From Azolla caroliniana (lineage: Eukaryota > Plantae > Polypodiophyta), in the NCBI GenBank assembly GCA_043228905.1, contig JBHGNT010001419.1, positions 1 to 8,749 of the forward strand: a DNA stretch of 8,749 nt, in the 5' to 3' direction. Positions 1 through 7,860 of this stretch are shown one piece after another. Numbering within the stretch: position 1 is the stretch's first letter; every line of letters begins with the position of its first letter. The position numbers were made by a program, and so were the translations under genes. The notes beneath the pieces were generated by a model. It saw nothing but the letters and a program-made list of their open reading frames with translations. It was not told the origin of the DNA and ran no database searches.

Positions 1-144
1 ACTTTGGTATAACAACTCTGTTAAATAAATGCTTATTGTGACGCATATTATTCTGTTTTTCTATCTATTCCTTTCTCCTTAAGATGCTTGGGATGTACCT
101 CTTTCTTTCACACATTCTAATAAATTTTGATTTTCTATTGTTAG

Positions 145-272
145 GTTTCACGTGGATAAGTTGTCATCAGCACATGTTTATCTTCGGTTACAAAAGGGCC
201 AGACAATCGAGAGTATCACTCCCGAACTCCTGGAGGATTGTGCTCAATTAGTGAAGGCGAACTCTATTCAAG
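145..272 (+). CDS. CCDC25: CCDC25 coding exon (first in window)
   Basis: Acceptor ttttctattgttAG ends at 144; encodes (W)[15 protein letters not shown]...KANSIQ(G); donor AG|GTGAGA at 273. Confidence 0.95.
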
Positions 273-3133
273 GTGAGACATATTCAAGTACTTTTAGATA
301 CAGCAAATGAAGTATCAAACTTGTTGATCTGTAAGTTATCTCGAAAATATGATCAGTGGTTGGTCCGTTTGTTTCAAATTGTAGGTAACAAATTAAATAA
401 CGTAGATGTTGTTTATACACCTTGGTACAATCTTAGAAAGACAGCATCAATGGATGTGGGCCAAGTTGGATTTCACAATCCTAAACTTGTAAGTGATCCT
501 TCCCTTATTGCACTTTTTCATGCACAGTCACGAGTATCTTGTGTTATTCAGTGTCCACGGCATTTCAAGAAAACAAGTGTGTTGGTAAAACATGAATAAC
601 TGGGTTCAGCTCATTTTGTAATGTAAATCATGGTATATTTTTAATGGGAAAATTAGCAATGGCGGGTGACTGATGCCCAAGCTCCCATCTGGACACCCAT
701 GCGGTTCCTCCATCGCTTTGACTACATCGACAAATGCATCGTACTTGATGGAATTTTCTCTTCTATTAAATTTGTCACATCTTAATGAATTTGAGCTGCC
801 TAAATATACGGGCAAGTAAATGCTCATTTGATAGCTATTTGAGTCATATACATGCCAAATACTTACAAAAGCATGGCTTTATATATTTTCCATGTTTTCT
901 TGTAGTAACTGACCCATAAAGGAGAATCCCTTTTTAATTTTCCATGGACATGCCTAAAGACCTTGTATTGTCCACTATGTGTCATGAAACTAAATCCATA
1001 TATAAAAGCCGTATTTTATGAGGAAAGTGGGCAAATATTGCTCAATTCCAAGTTTTGCCTTAGGCTCTTCTTCTCTGTAAGTTTTAATCTTAATCTCGTA
1101 TTGATCCATAATTAGTGACCATACTGAGCTTTGAGAGCTAGTTTCTCAACTCAACTAAGTGGATGAGTGGGATCCTTCCTTCCTTAGCTTGATTGGCATA
1201 TGCTCTCTCCATCGATAAAACTTCCATGTTTATTTCTGAGATATGATCAACTATATCGAAAGTTTCTATTATTAGCCTCACCAACAGAAAGTAGGAAAAT
1301 GGAGAGAGTTAGTACTATCATCATCACTTACTATTATTGGTTTTCATATGCCGAGGTAGTATAAAATTCCATTCTCATTATATACAGAATTGTTTCTAGA
1401 AGAAAATCCAGGATCGTCTTAAAATATTGATGATAATCACCTGTTCTGGCCTTCTGCAGGTCTTCTAATGTAGTTCATATTGTTTTCTGAAATTCTTTTG
1501 CTGGATTTTAATTGTTCAAGGGGTTTGGTGGTCAAGATTTAGTTGCTTCTTGGCTGGTTTGCTTCAGCAAATAATGTGGTTAAGTTTTAGTTGTTTTTTG
1601 GTCAATGGTTACATGCTTTTATAGGTTCGAACAGTAAGAGTGGAAAAGCGCATTAATGAAGTTGTAAACAGACTCAATAAAACAAAGGTGGAAAGAACAA
1701 CAGACTTGAAAGGTACACTGTTTCTTTGTTAAGTTATTTCCATCATTAAGAAATACTTTTGATAAGACTACAATTAAGTTGTCTTTATTTCATGATTTCA
1801 TGCTTTTTGCCAATTCTTAGCATGCATTTAATGCAATGCATCTGTGTGATACATACGCATGGCTTATGGAGAAGCCTAAGTTGACTTGACATTGTCCACT
1901 TTTATATGAAGTAGGTGGGATTGTAGATTAATAGAATGGAAACATATCACCTTAACCGACATTTTATAGCATCCTGAATTTGAAAAAGGTTTTGGAAAAC
2001 CTGCATAAAGCTTTCAAAACAGTTAAAATATTTCGTCAAGAATTTCTCAAACATCTCAGTAGTAATTATGAAAGACAGAGATTATATATTCACAGAAAAG
2101 CAATAACAGGACTTGACTCCTGATTTATATTAAGTATATCAACAGATCTTGTTTGTCTGAAGCTTGAGGAAGTTTTCTAGGTGCAAAAAATCCAATGAAG
2201 GAGTTCTTTTGAACAATGGAGGGTGGGATTTAATATATGCAACAAGACATTTCTGTGAATGCACAATGTTATGCATTGCCTATGCATTTGATGAATTCTG
2301 AAAGGATAGAGATAGGAAAGTCTCTTATCTTTGTATAAAAGCAATGCTTTCATATATGTAGTCAATATTGTGTCTGTAGCTAGATGGTTACAAGTTCCAT
2401 TAATCTACGAGAGACTTTTAAAATTGATCATACATATTCAATGTCCTTACATACATATATGCATTCAGGGTCCTACATACACACAGGGCTACTATTCATT
2501 GATACAAATGATAACATGTATAAAAATGTGGTAAGATGACATGCTAGAATAATACCTGGCCCATTATGCCTTAGCATGTTATTCTGATAATGGTTTATTT
2601 TTTTACCTTCTAATAGTTCAGAAACTTGGACTATACATGTAGCTTTAGAATAACTAAATCAAATTGAATCCATATCAATACTGGATTAACTTATAGGTGG
2701 GAGATATTATGTTTTTCATTCAGCTTCCGTTTATTTGTGCTTGCATCTATCGGTTGCAGGCAGATTTTACTCATACAATGTTTATATTAGACAGGAAACT
2801 GCAGTTCTGATCATGATTTTTTTTACAGCTGAAAGGGAAGCATATGATGCAGCTGAGCGTGCTAAGAAAAAGGCTATCTTGAAGGACAAGGTAGCAATAG
2901 TTTTTCTTTTGTTCTCCCTTTCTGCTTTCTTGTTTTAGCTTTATGGAAATAAAGCTATAGTTTATATTATAACTTCTCAGAAACGAAGGGATGAGATGGA
3001 TCGAATGGAGAAGGAAAAGCAGGCTGAGATAAGGAGCTACAAAGGATTAATGGTTTCTGAGAAGATGACATCTAACAAGGATATTGCGAGCAAAGGGAAA
3101 TCACTCCAAGAATTGGAAGAAGATTTCATGTGA
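145..3133 (+). CDS. CCDC25: CCDC25 / Jlp2-like protein (NFACT-R/DUF814 domain + C-terminal coiled coil), 5'-partial; join(145..272,385..488,1625..1712,2829..2890,2981..3133)
   Basis: Manual splicing gives an open frame: (W)[229 protein letters not shown] and the terminal EDFM are recognised CCDC25 hallmarks. The four internal introns are GT-AG with matching phases; stop TGA at 3131-3133. Confidence 0.96.
385..488 (+). CDS. CCDC25: CCDC25 coding exon
   Basis: Acceptor ttgtAG ends at 384; encodes (G)[34 protein letters not shown]; donor GTAAGT at 489. Confidence 0.95.
1625..1712 (+). CDS. CCDC25: CCDC25 coding exon
   Basis: Acceptor ttttatAG ends at 1624; encodes [29 protein letters not shown]; donor AG|GTACAC at 1713. 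Confidence 0.94.
2829..2890 (+). CDS. CCDC25: CCDC25 coding exon
   Basis: Acceptor ttttttttacAG ends at 2828; encodes (A)[20 protein letters not shown]; donor AG|GTAGCA at 2891. Confidence 0.93.
2981..3133 (+). CDS. CCDC25: CCDC25 terminal coding exon
   Basis: Acceptor cttctcAG ends at 2980; encodes [33 protein letters not shown]...LQELEEDFM, then TGA. Confidence 0.95.
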   Translation, partial: KRRDEMDRMEKEKQAEIRSYKGLMVSEKMTSNKDIASKGKSLQELEEDFM

Positions 3134-3978
3134 AATATTATTTTAATGTATGCGTGATGCTGATTATCACCATTCTCAATGATTTGGTATTGTGCAAAAG
3201 AAGAGGCTGTATGGGTTCGTCATAGCAGGAACGAGCATCAGGGAAAATAGTTGGAAGTGATATTAATAAGTGTTATTGGATATTCTAAAAAGTCCTGTGA
3301 CCTTATAAAAAAGATATTTTCTCACATGAAGAAAAAAGAATGCAGTCTCACGTTGGGTGATTTTTATTTAGTATACTTGGGCATTCAGGATGAATTGATA
3401 TTACAACAGCTGCATTCAATGTGCAGAGATTTGAGTATTGCATAGACTTTGTAGCAATGCTGCATTACCTTTTGAATCACTTATATACAATCATAAGTAT
3501 TGCCAGTATGTCTGAATGAAAATTTCCCTAGAAACAGTTATCAGATGGTGTTTGTCATCATGATTGATATTCTAATCGAGTCATTTATCTGATCTGTGAT
3601 GTCATTCATTTGTTATCCTGAGGTGATTGATCTTGATTTGCCATTCTTTGACATCAATGACTTTGAGAGATGCTTTATAAAATGGCTCCCAAAATCTTAT
3701 CCTCTTCGAAACATTTTCAGAGATGCTTTATTCAAATTACTCACTTTGTATTGGGGTACCAATATTTCTTGACAATGATAATTCTCTAGCAAAGTTCAAT
3801 GGCAGAACTGGATTAAGCAATTTTTTGTGCCATGTCCCCCATTTTAGGTTTGCGACAGATGCATGAGGAAGTGTTTTTAGTTGAACTTGGTAATGATAAT
3901 TGTGGACTACATACAGTTTTCTATTAATCTATTTAAACTTTATATTCAAAAGAATTTTATATGTAAACGATTTTTAGT

Positions 3979-4350
3979 ATGTGGGATGCATATTGAGGAT
4001 TTAAAGTCACATGCATATTAAGCAGCATGAAAATTTGGAGGCTTTGTGCATCAGATTGAATGGTTATGCTTATTCTCAAATCCTTTTATTGAGATAGTTA
4101 CTGTCATTATCCTCAATTAGGTAGTCTATGATTGTTTAGAGGGATACAATTATCTCTTTAATGAGATGAATGTGGGTTTAGGTGTGCATATTGAGTGATT
4201 TAATATCTCATGCATTTCAATCAGCAAGAAATTTTAGAGACTTCATGCATCACATTGCATGGTATGGGACATGCTTATTCTCAAATGCTTCTATTAACAT
4301 AGTTACCTTGATTATTCTCAATTAGGAGTCTAATTATCTCTTTAATGAGA
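3979..4350. repeat. Diverged two-copy tandem duplication (~3979-4166 and ~4170-4350)
   Basis: Colinear identical anchors: TGCATATTGAG (3987, 4185), ATGCTTATTCTCAAAT (4066-4081, 4271-4286), CTCAATTAGG in both copies, and AATTATCTCTTTAATGAGA (4148-4166, 4332-4350). Confidence 0.9.
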
Positions 4351-5003
4351 ACAATTCGAGTAAAACAACTATACCTATCTAAAGTACCATGTTTAAAAGA
4401 GTTAAACTAAGTAAGTACTTACAAAGCATCCACACAATGACTTTAAGAATATTATTTTGTAAATGTGTGCATCAATGTCTCCAAGATAGAGAAATCTCAA
4501 AATGGAGAAAGTTGTCTTTATGTTTAGTTTGATTTGGTGATAATAATGGTGTTGAGGTCATATAGTCCATGTGGGCAGCCAACATGCATGGACAAATTTA
4601 TCTCACAATCAATGGCAACGTTGGGTTGTGGGGTTTTTAACAAATTCGTCATTGTAGTGGGGACTGGGGTTTTGAATTTTAGAGTGTATCGCATGATAAA
4701 ATATGTGTGCAGTGTGACCATGTGAATTGCATAGATTATAATCAGAATTAGTTAAGTTAGGAATGTAAATATTTGCTTCATGAATGAAGCCGAAGTACTA
4801 TCATTGATTACATGCAATCAATTCCAAGGGTAATGTGTCTTTCATACTGAGGCTTATATCTGGTGCATCTTGGATTAACACTGATTCAGTCTCTTAGAAG
4901 AGGCGCATTGATTAACTATCAAGATAAGATCCTAGGTTTTCATAGCAAATTGTGGATAAAGTTCTTTTATATTAGCTTATTTTGGGTTGTGAAAAAAAAC
5001 TCT

Positions 5004-5060
5004 TGAAGCTTTGAGGTCACTTGATACACATTACATTTCTGTCATGACCTCAAATCTTCA
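5004..5060. repeat. Inverted repeat, 16-bp arms (15/16 complementary) around a 25-nt spacer
   Basis: TGAAGCTTTGAGGTCA (5004-5019) versus TGACCTCAAATCTTCA (5045-5060, reverse complement TGAAGATTTGAGGTCA). Confidence 0.85.
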
Positions 5061-5818
5061 CAAATTGTTTAATAATGGAAGTTGCTCTGAAGACTGCAAC
5101 TAGTAGTTCAGAGAAAGAAAGAAATATTAACGTCTTCAAGAAAGAAAGAGAGAAATGTGTGTAGGGGGATAATTCATGATATTAGTAAGTTGTATCATCT
5201 TCTCAAGAACCATGATAAGAAATGCTAGAAAAATAATCATGACATTGGGAAATATTTGACAAGGTTGGAACCAGGCTAGGAATGCAAAAAGCTTGATAGT
5301 TGGACAACGTATGTCAAATGCAGCAGCCTACTATTTGTACTCCTAGCTTTGCCAGCAGTCGAAGTAGCTCTTACGCATCACATCTTGTAGTTCTTCAAAC
5401 GTAGTTAGCCACCATTGCCCTCATTGTTATCATATCTTTTATGCTCAACTCTTTTGCAAACGACATCTTGCAAATTCTTGAAGAATAAGAAATACAGGAC
5501 ATCCCAATCAGCTCTAACATTTTCTTTCATGGTGTTACAAGCATAACCATAACTTATCCCATGGCAGTTCGTGGCTAAGTAATATACTCATGTGTAGAAA
5601 ACCACCACAGGAAAATTTATGGTTAGGGTCAGAACACATGGGAACCAGCTTCGTCTTCCATATGAACATATACAGTTTGTTGGATGTTTTTAAAGCAATC
5701 CTATTGCTAAAGATAGACATATTTGAAATGCATATTTAATATAGTACAAAACCACCTTAATAATCTCCCATTGAAACAGATAAACATACATAGCATAATT
5801 TAGCATATATTAAAATGT

Positions 5819-5882
5819 AATAGAATGAACAGTAATAACAGTAACATATAGGTACCAGAAAATAGAATGAACAGTAATAACA
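5819..5882. repeat. Perfect 22-bp direct repeat, 42-bp period, in the probable 3' UTR/flank of the CHCH gene
   Basis: AATAGAATGAACAGTAATAACA at 5819-5840 and 5861-5882, separated by a 20-nt spacer. Confidence 0.9.
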
Positions 5883-6140
5883 CTAAATACATAAAATCAG
5901 ACGCAAAAAGGGTTCAAATTTTCCAGGTATAAAACTTCCAAACAGATCATTTCACCTTTGAACTTTAACAGTACCAAAGAAGCCCAAAATGTAACAATCT
6001 AGATGACAAACAGAACTCAATATTCAAAGCAGTTCAAATTTCAATCCACTGTTCTGGACAAATTTCCAAAATCCATTGTTATCACCAATAACTTATACTG
6101 TTCCATTCATCAAGCTTTATTCTAGGTTTCACCTCCAACC

Positions 6141-6151
6141 CTACAAGGTCA
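6141..6151 (-). CDS. CHCHD2: CHCH gene last coding exon (11 coding nt: MTL-stop)
   Basis: Strong acceptor tattttttactttcAG ending at 6152 gives a 90-nt intron; the junction reads A|TG ACC TTG TAG. Inferred from splice signals only. Confidence 0.72.
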
Positions 6152-7520
6152 CTGAAAGTAAAAAATAGCAAGACATTTGTCAAAAAATCATTCATGTCAA
6201 TCTGCAAAAAATACATGGCACTATACAAGTTAATGACTTACTGGATGAGGATGGTCCCCTTCGGCATTCATTAAGCATATCGATGTAAAACTGGCATTTC
6301 CCAATGTCACTCCCATACGCATTGATACACTATAGAGTAGTAAGAATCGAAACATTCTTATAAAACAATACAATTATAAAAAGAACATATATTTAGAAGA
6401 TAAGTAATAAACAAGAGCAAAAATTACATCTTGGAAAGACTTGGTTTGGTTAGCACATGCATCAGCTCCACTAACAGTAGTCAAATGAGGTGATTCCATG
6501 GGTCCAGAAGAAGCTTGACCATCCGATGTCACATGTTCATGGGTAACAGTTCGAGGCCCCATAATTCCATCCACAGCTCTGTGGGCAATCGCACTACCAG
6601 TGCCAAAGGCCATACCTTGAGCAATGGTAGCACCAAGTCCACCCAGCATCGATCCACCACCACCACTTGCTTGAACAGGTGCTGGTGGAGGCGCTTGTTG
6701 TACTATAGTTAAAAAATGTATTAGGCTTACTAAAAATATCTTAAGAAAAAATATTTAGAAGTTCAAAAGAAAAAATCAACATCAAACAAACCAGGCTTCG
6801 GAGGTGGAGAAGAGCGCACTGGGCGAGGTGCAGGACGCATTGATGATCTCCCTGGAAGCATTAAAGAATGGGAACAAAAGATGTTAGAAAACCGTCAAAA
6901 AAAGATCGCAAAAGACAGGTTTTTCATAGACTAGTCACTTGAATAGAGCTAAAACTGTATTTTCAAGGATAGACTTGAGAAATTTGATAACATATAGCCT
7001 TAAAGATGAGAAAGTTTTTCTTGACAGATAAACATGATAAACGATGTTTTATCTATTTCTACAACTATATCTTCGGGGGATAAAACTGAGAGAATCGACA
7101 TATTGCCTAGAGTTAGGAAGTTATTCTTTCAGCGGAAAAATATAACAAGTAGAGCCTAGACATGAAGAAGTTTTACTTTCCGCAGACAAGAATTCGTGTC
7201 TATGGGAAACGATGTTGATCAAACATCCATGATATCAATATGCATGCGGAAAAACAAAGAAGTTTCTGTGTGTCTTCATACGAAACCGTAATTGTGCATA
7301 TACAAAAAACAGAAATTTCTGATCATATTAAAGTTACAGAAGCAGTATAAGACAGAAAATGCAACCCTAACATCAAACAGTGAAAGAGAAGGAACTTACA
7401 AAACAGTGAAACAATCAACAGAGTTGTGTACTCTTGATGAACCCTAAAAAGAAAGCATGAAGGCAGAAAATAGAGATGGGACATACCTCCGCTTGACGCA
7501 CCGCTGCTGCGACGAGGCAT
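6141..7520 (-). CDS. CHCHD2: Mitochondrial intermembrane-space twin-CX9C (CHCH) protein, CHCHD2/CHCHD10/Mix17 (At12Cys-like) family, 155 aa; complement(join(6141..6151,6242..6329,6428..6702,6792..6851,7487..7520))
   Basis: Spliced product: MPRRSSGASSGGRSSMRPAPRPVRSSPPPKPVQQAPPPAPVQASGGGGSMLGGLGATIAQGMAFGTGSAIAHRAVDGIMGPRTVTHEHVTSDGQASSGPMESPHLTTVSGADACANQTKSFQDCINAYGSDIGKCQFYIDMLNECRRGPSSSMTL*. It has the family MPR-R/S/P-rich N-terminus, the hydrophobic AQGMAFGTGSAIAHRAVD segment and a C-X9-C-X10-C-X9-C motif. All introns are GT-AG and the exon lengths sum to 468 nt. The symbol marks the family, not strict orthology. Confidence 0.94.
6242..6329 (-). CDS. CHCHD2: CHCH gene exon 4 (rest of the CHCH domain)
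   Basis: Acceptor ctctatAG; encodes CINAYGSDIGKCQFYIDMLNECRRGPSSS; donor GTAAGT at 6241. Confidence 0.94.
6428..6702 (-). CDS. CHCHD2: CHCH gene exon 3 (Gly-rich hydrophobic segment and first Cys)
   Basis: Acceptor ttttttaactatAG; overlaps ORF-track entry 6374..6649; donor GTAATT at 6427. Confidence 0.95.
6792..6851 (-). CDS. CHCHD2: CHCH gene exon 2
   Basis: Acceptor tgcttccAG; encodes (G)RSSMRPAPRPVRSSPPPKP; donor G|GTTTGT at 6791; 60 nt, phase 1 to phase 1. Confidence 0.9.
7487..7520 (-). CDS. CHCHD2: CHCH gene exon 1 (start codon)
   Basis: ATG at 7520-7518; encodes MPRRSSGASSG(G); donor AG|GTATGT at 7486; preceded by a pyrimidine-rich leader with no upstream ATG nearby. Confidence 0.88.
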
Positions 7521-7860
7521 GATGATGGATAGAAGGAAGAAGATCGAAAGGTAGGAAGTGGAGGAGGAGAAGAAGGCACGGACGAAAGCTCTCTCTGCTG
7601 CGGGTGTTCTGCGTCGTGGGAACCCTAAATACGACTACACCCAGGAAGGAAGATGGAAGGCGGCAGGGATATACCGACAGAAGGAGGGGGAGGCTTAATA
7701 AAAAAGACCTGGTGTGGGGAGGCCGCGTTCACACCTATACCCTTAATCAAGGGGAACTTGGAACTTAGAAGTGTAGTTTGGCCGGCCTCTATCTCATCTC
7801 ATCATCGTGGCCCCGGAGGGGTTTGCTTCCTTCTTCATACCTTCAGAATACATATATATA
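7521..7860 (-). promoter_or_regulatory. Putative 5' UTR and core promoter of the CHCH gene
   Basis: Locally GC/CpG-richer stretch upstream of the ATG with CT-rich (Y-patch-like) sense strand; telo-box-like AACCCTAA at 7621-7628; GTGGCCCC (fits TCP consensus GTGGNCCC) at 7807-7814. The TSS cannot be determined from sequence. Confidence 0.55.

Noticed and set aside
273-599. 108-aa ORF from the track
   Set aside because: It begins at the GT donor of an intron. Only 385-488 is real CCDC25 exon; the rest is intron read-through.
606-827. 73-aa minus-strand ORF
   Set aside because: Antisense within a CCDC25 intron and no recognisable motif.
784-828. SECIS-like hairpin (ATGA...AAA...)
   Set aside because: The 3' arm has GC where the GA of the quartet is needed, the site is intronic, and land plants lack the selenocysteine machinery.
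1428-1490. Possible intronic C/D snoRNA (TGATGA...CTGA)
   Set aside because: No terminal stem, no purine before TGATGA, no clear C'/D' boxes and no rRNA guide I can recognise.
2177-2534. Two short intronic ORFs (62 and 67 aa)
   Set aside because: AT-rich intron sequence with no homology cues.
3251-3445. 64-aa ORF after the CCDC25 stop
   Set aside because: Starts at TTG, lies in the probable 3' UTR, and has no motif.
4524-4725. Overlapping antiparallel 63- and 65-aa ORFs
   Set aside because: Short, compositionally biased (GT-rich) and no recognisable domain.
5343-5420. Minus-strand peptide WWLTTFEELQDVMRKSYF, faintly like retrotransposon gag
   Set aside because: Too short, bounded by stops, and no other LTR-element hallmark nearby.
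5819-5882. CRISPR-like repeat-spacer-repeat
   Set aside because: Only two copies, non-palindromic, eukaryotic context and no cas genes.
6202-6241. TTTTTTGCAG acceptor at 6203-6202 as the end of the last CHCH intron
   Set aside because: It would make a 40-nt intron, below the usual plant minimum. The acceptor at 6152 gives a normal 90-nt intron.
6515-6712. 65-aa + strand ORF
   Set aside because: Antisense shadow of CHCH exon 3.
145-7520. CCDC25 and CHCH genes as a functional cluster or novel system
   Set aside because: They are convergent, separately promoted eukaryotic housekeeping genes with stops about 3 kb apart. Adjacency alone does not show linkage; conserved synteny or overlapping transcripts would be needed.
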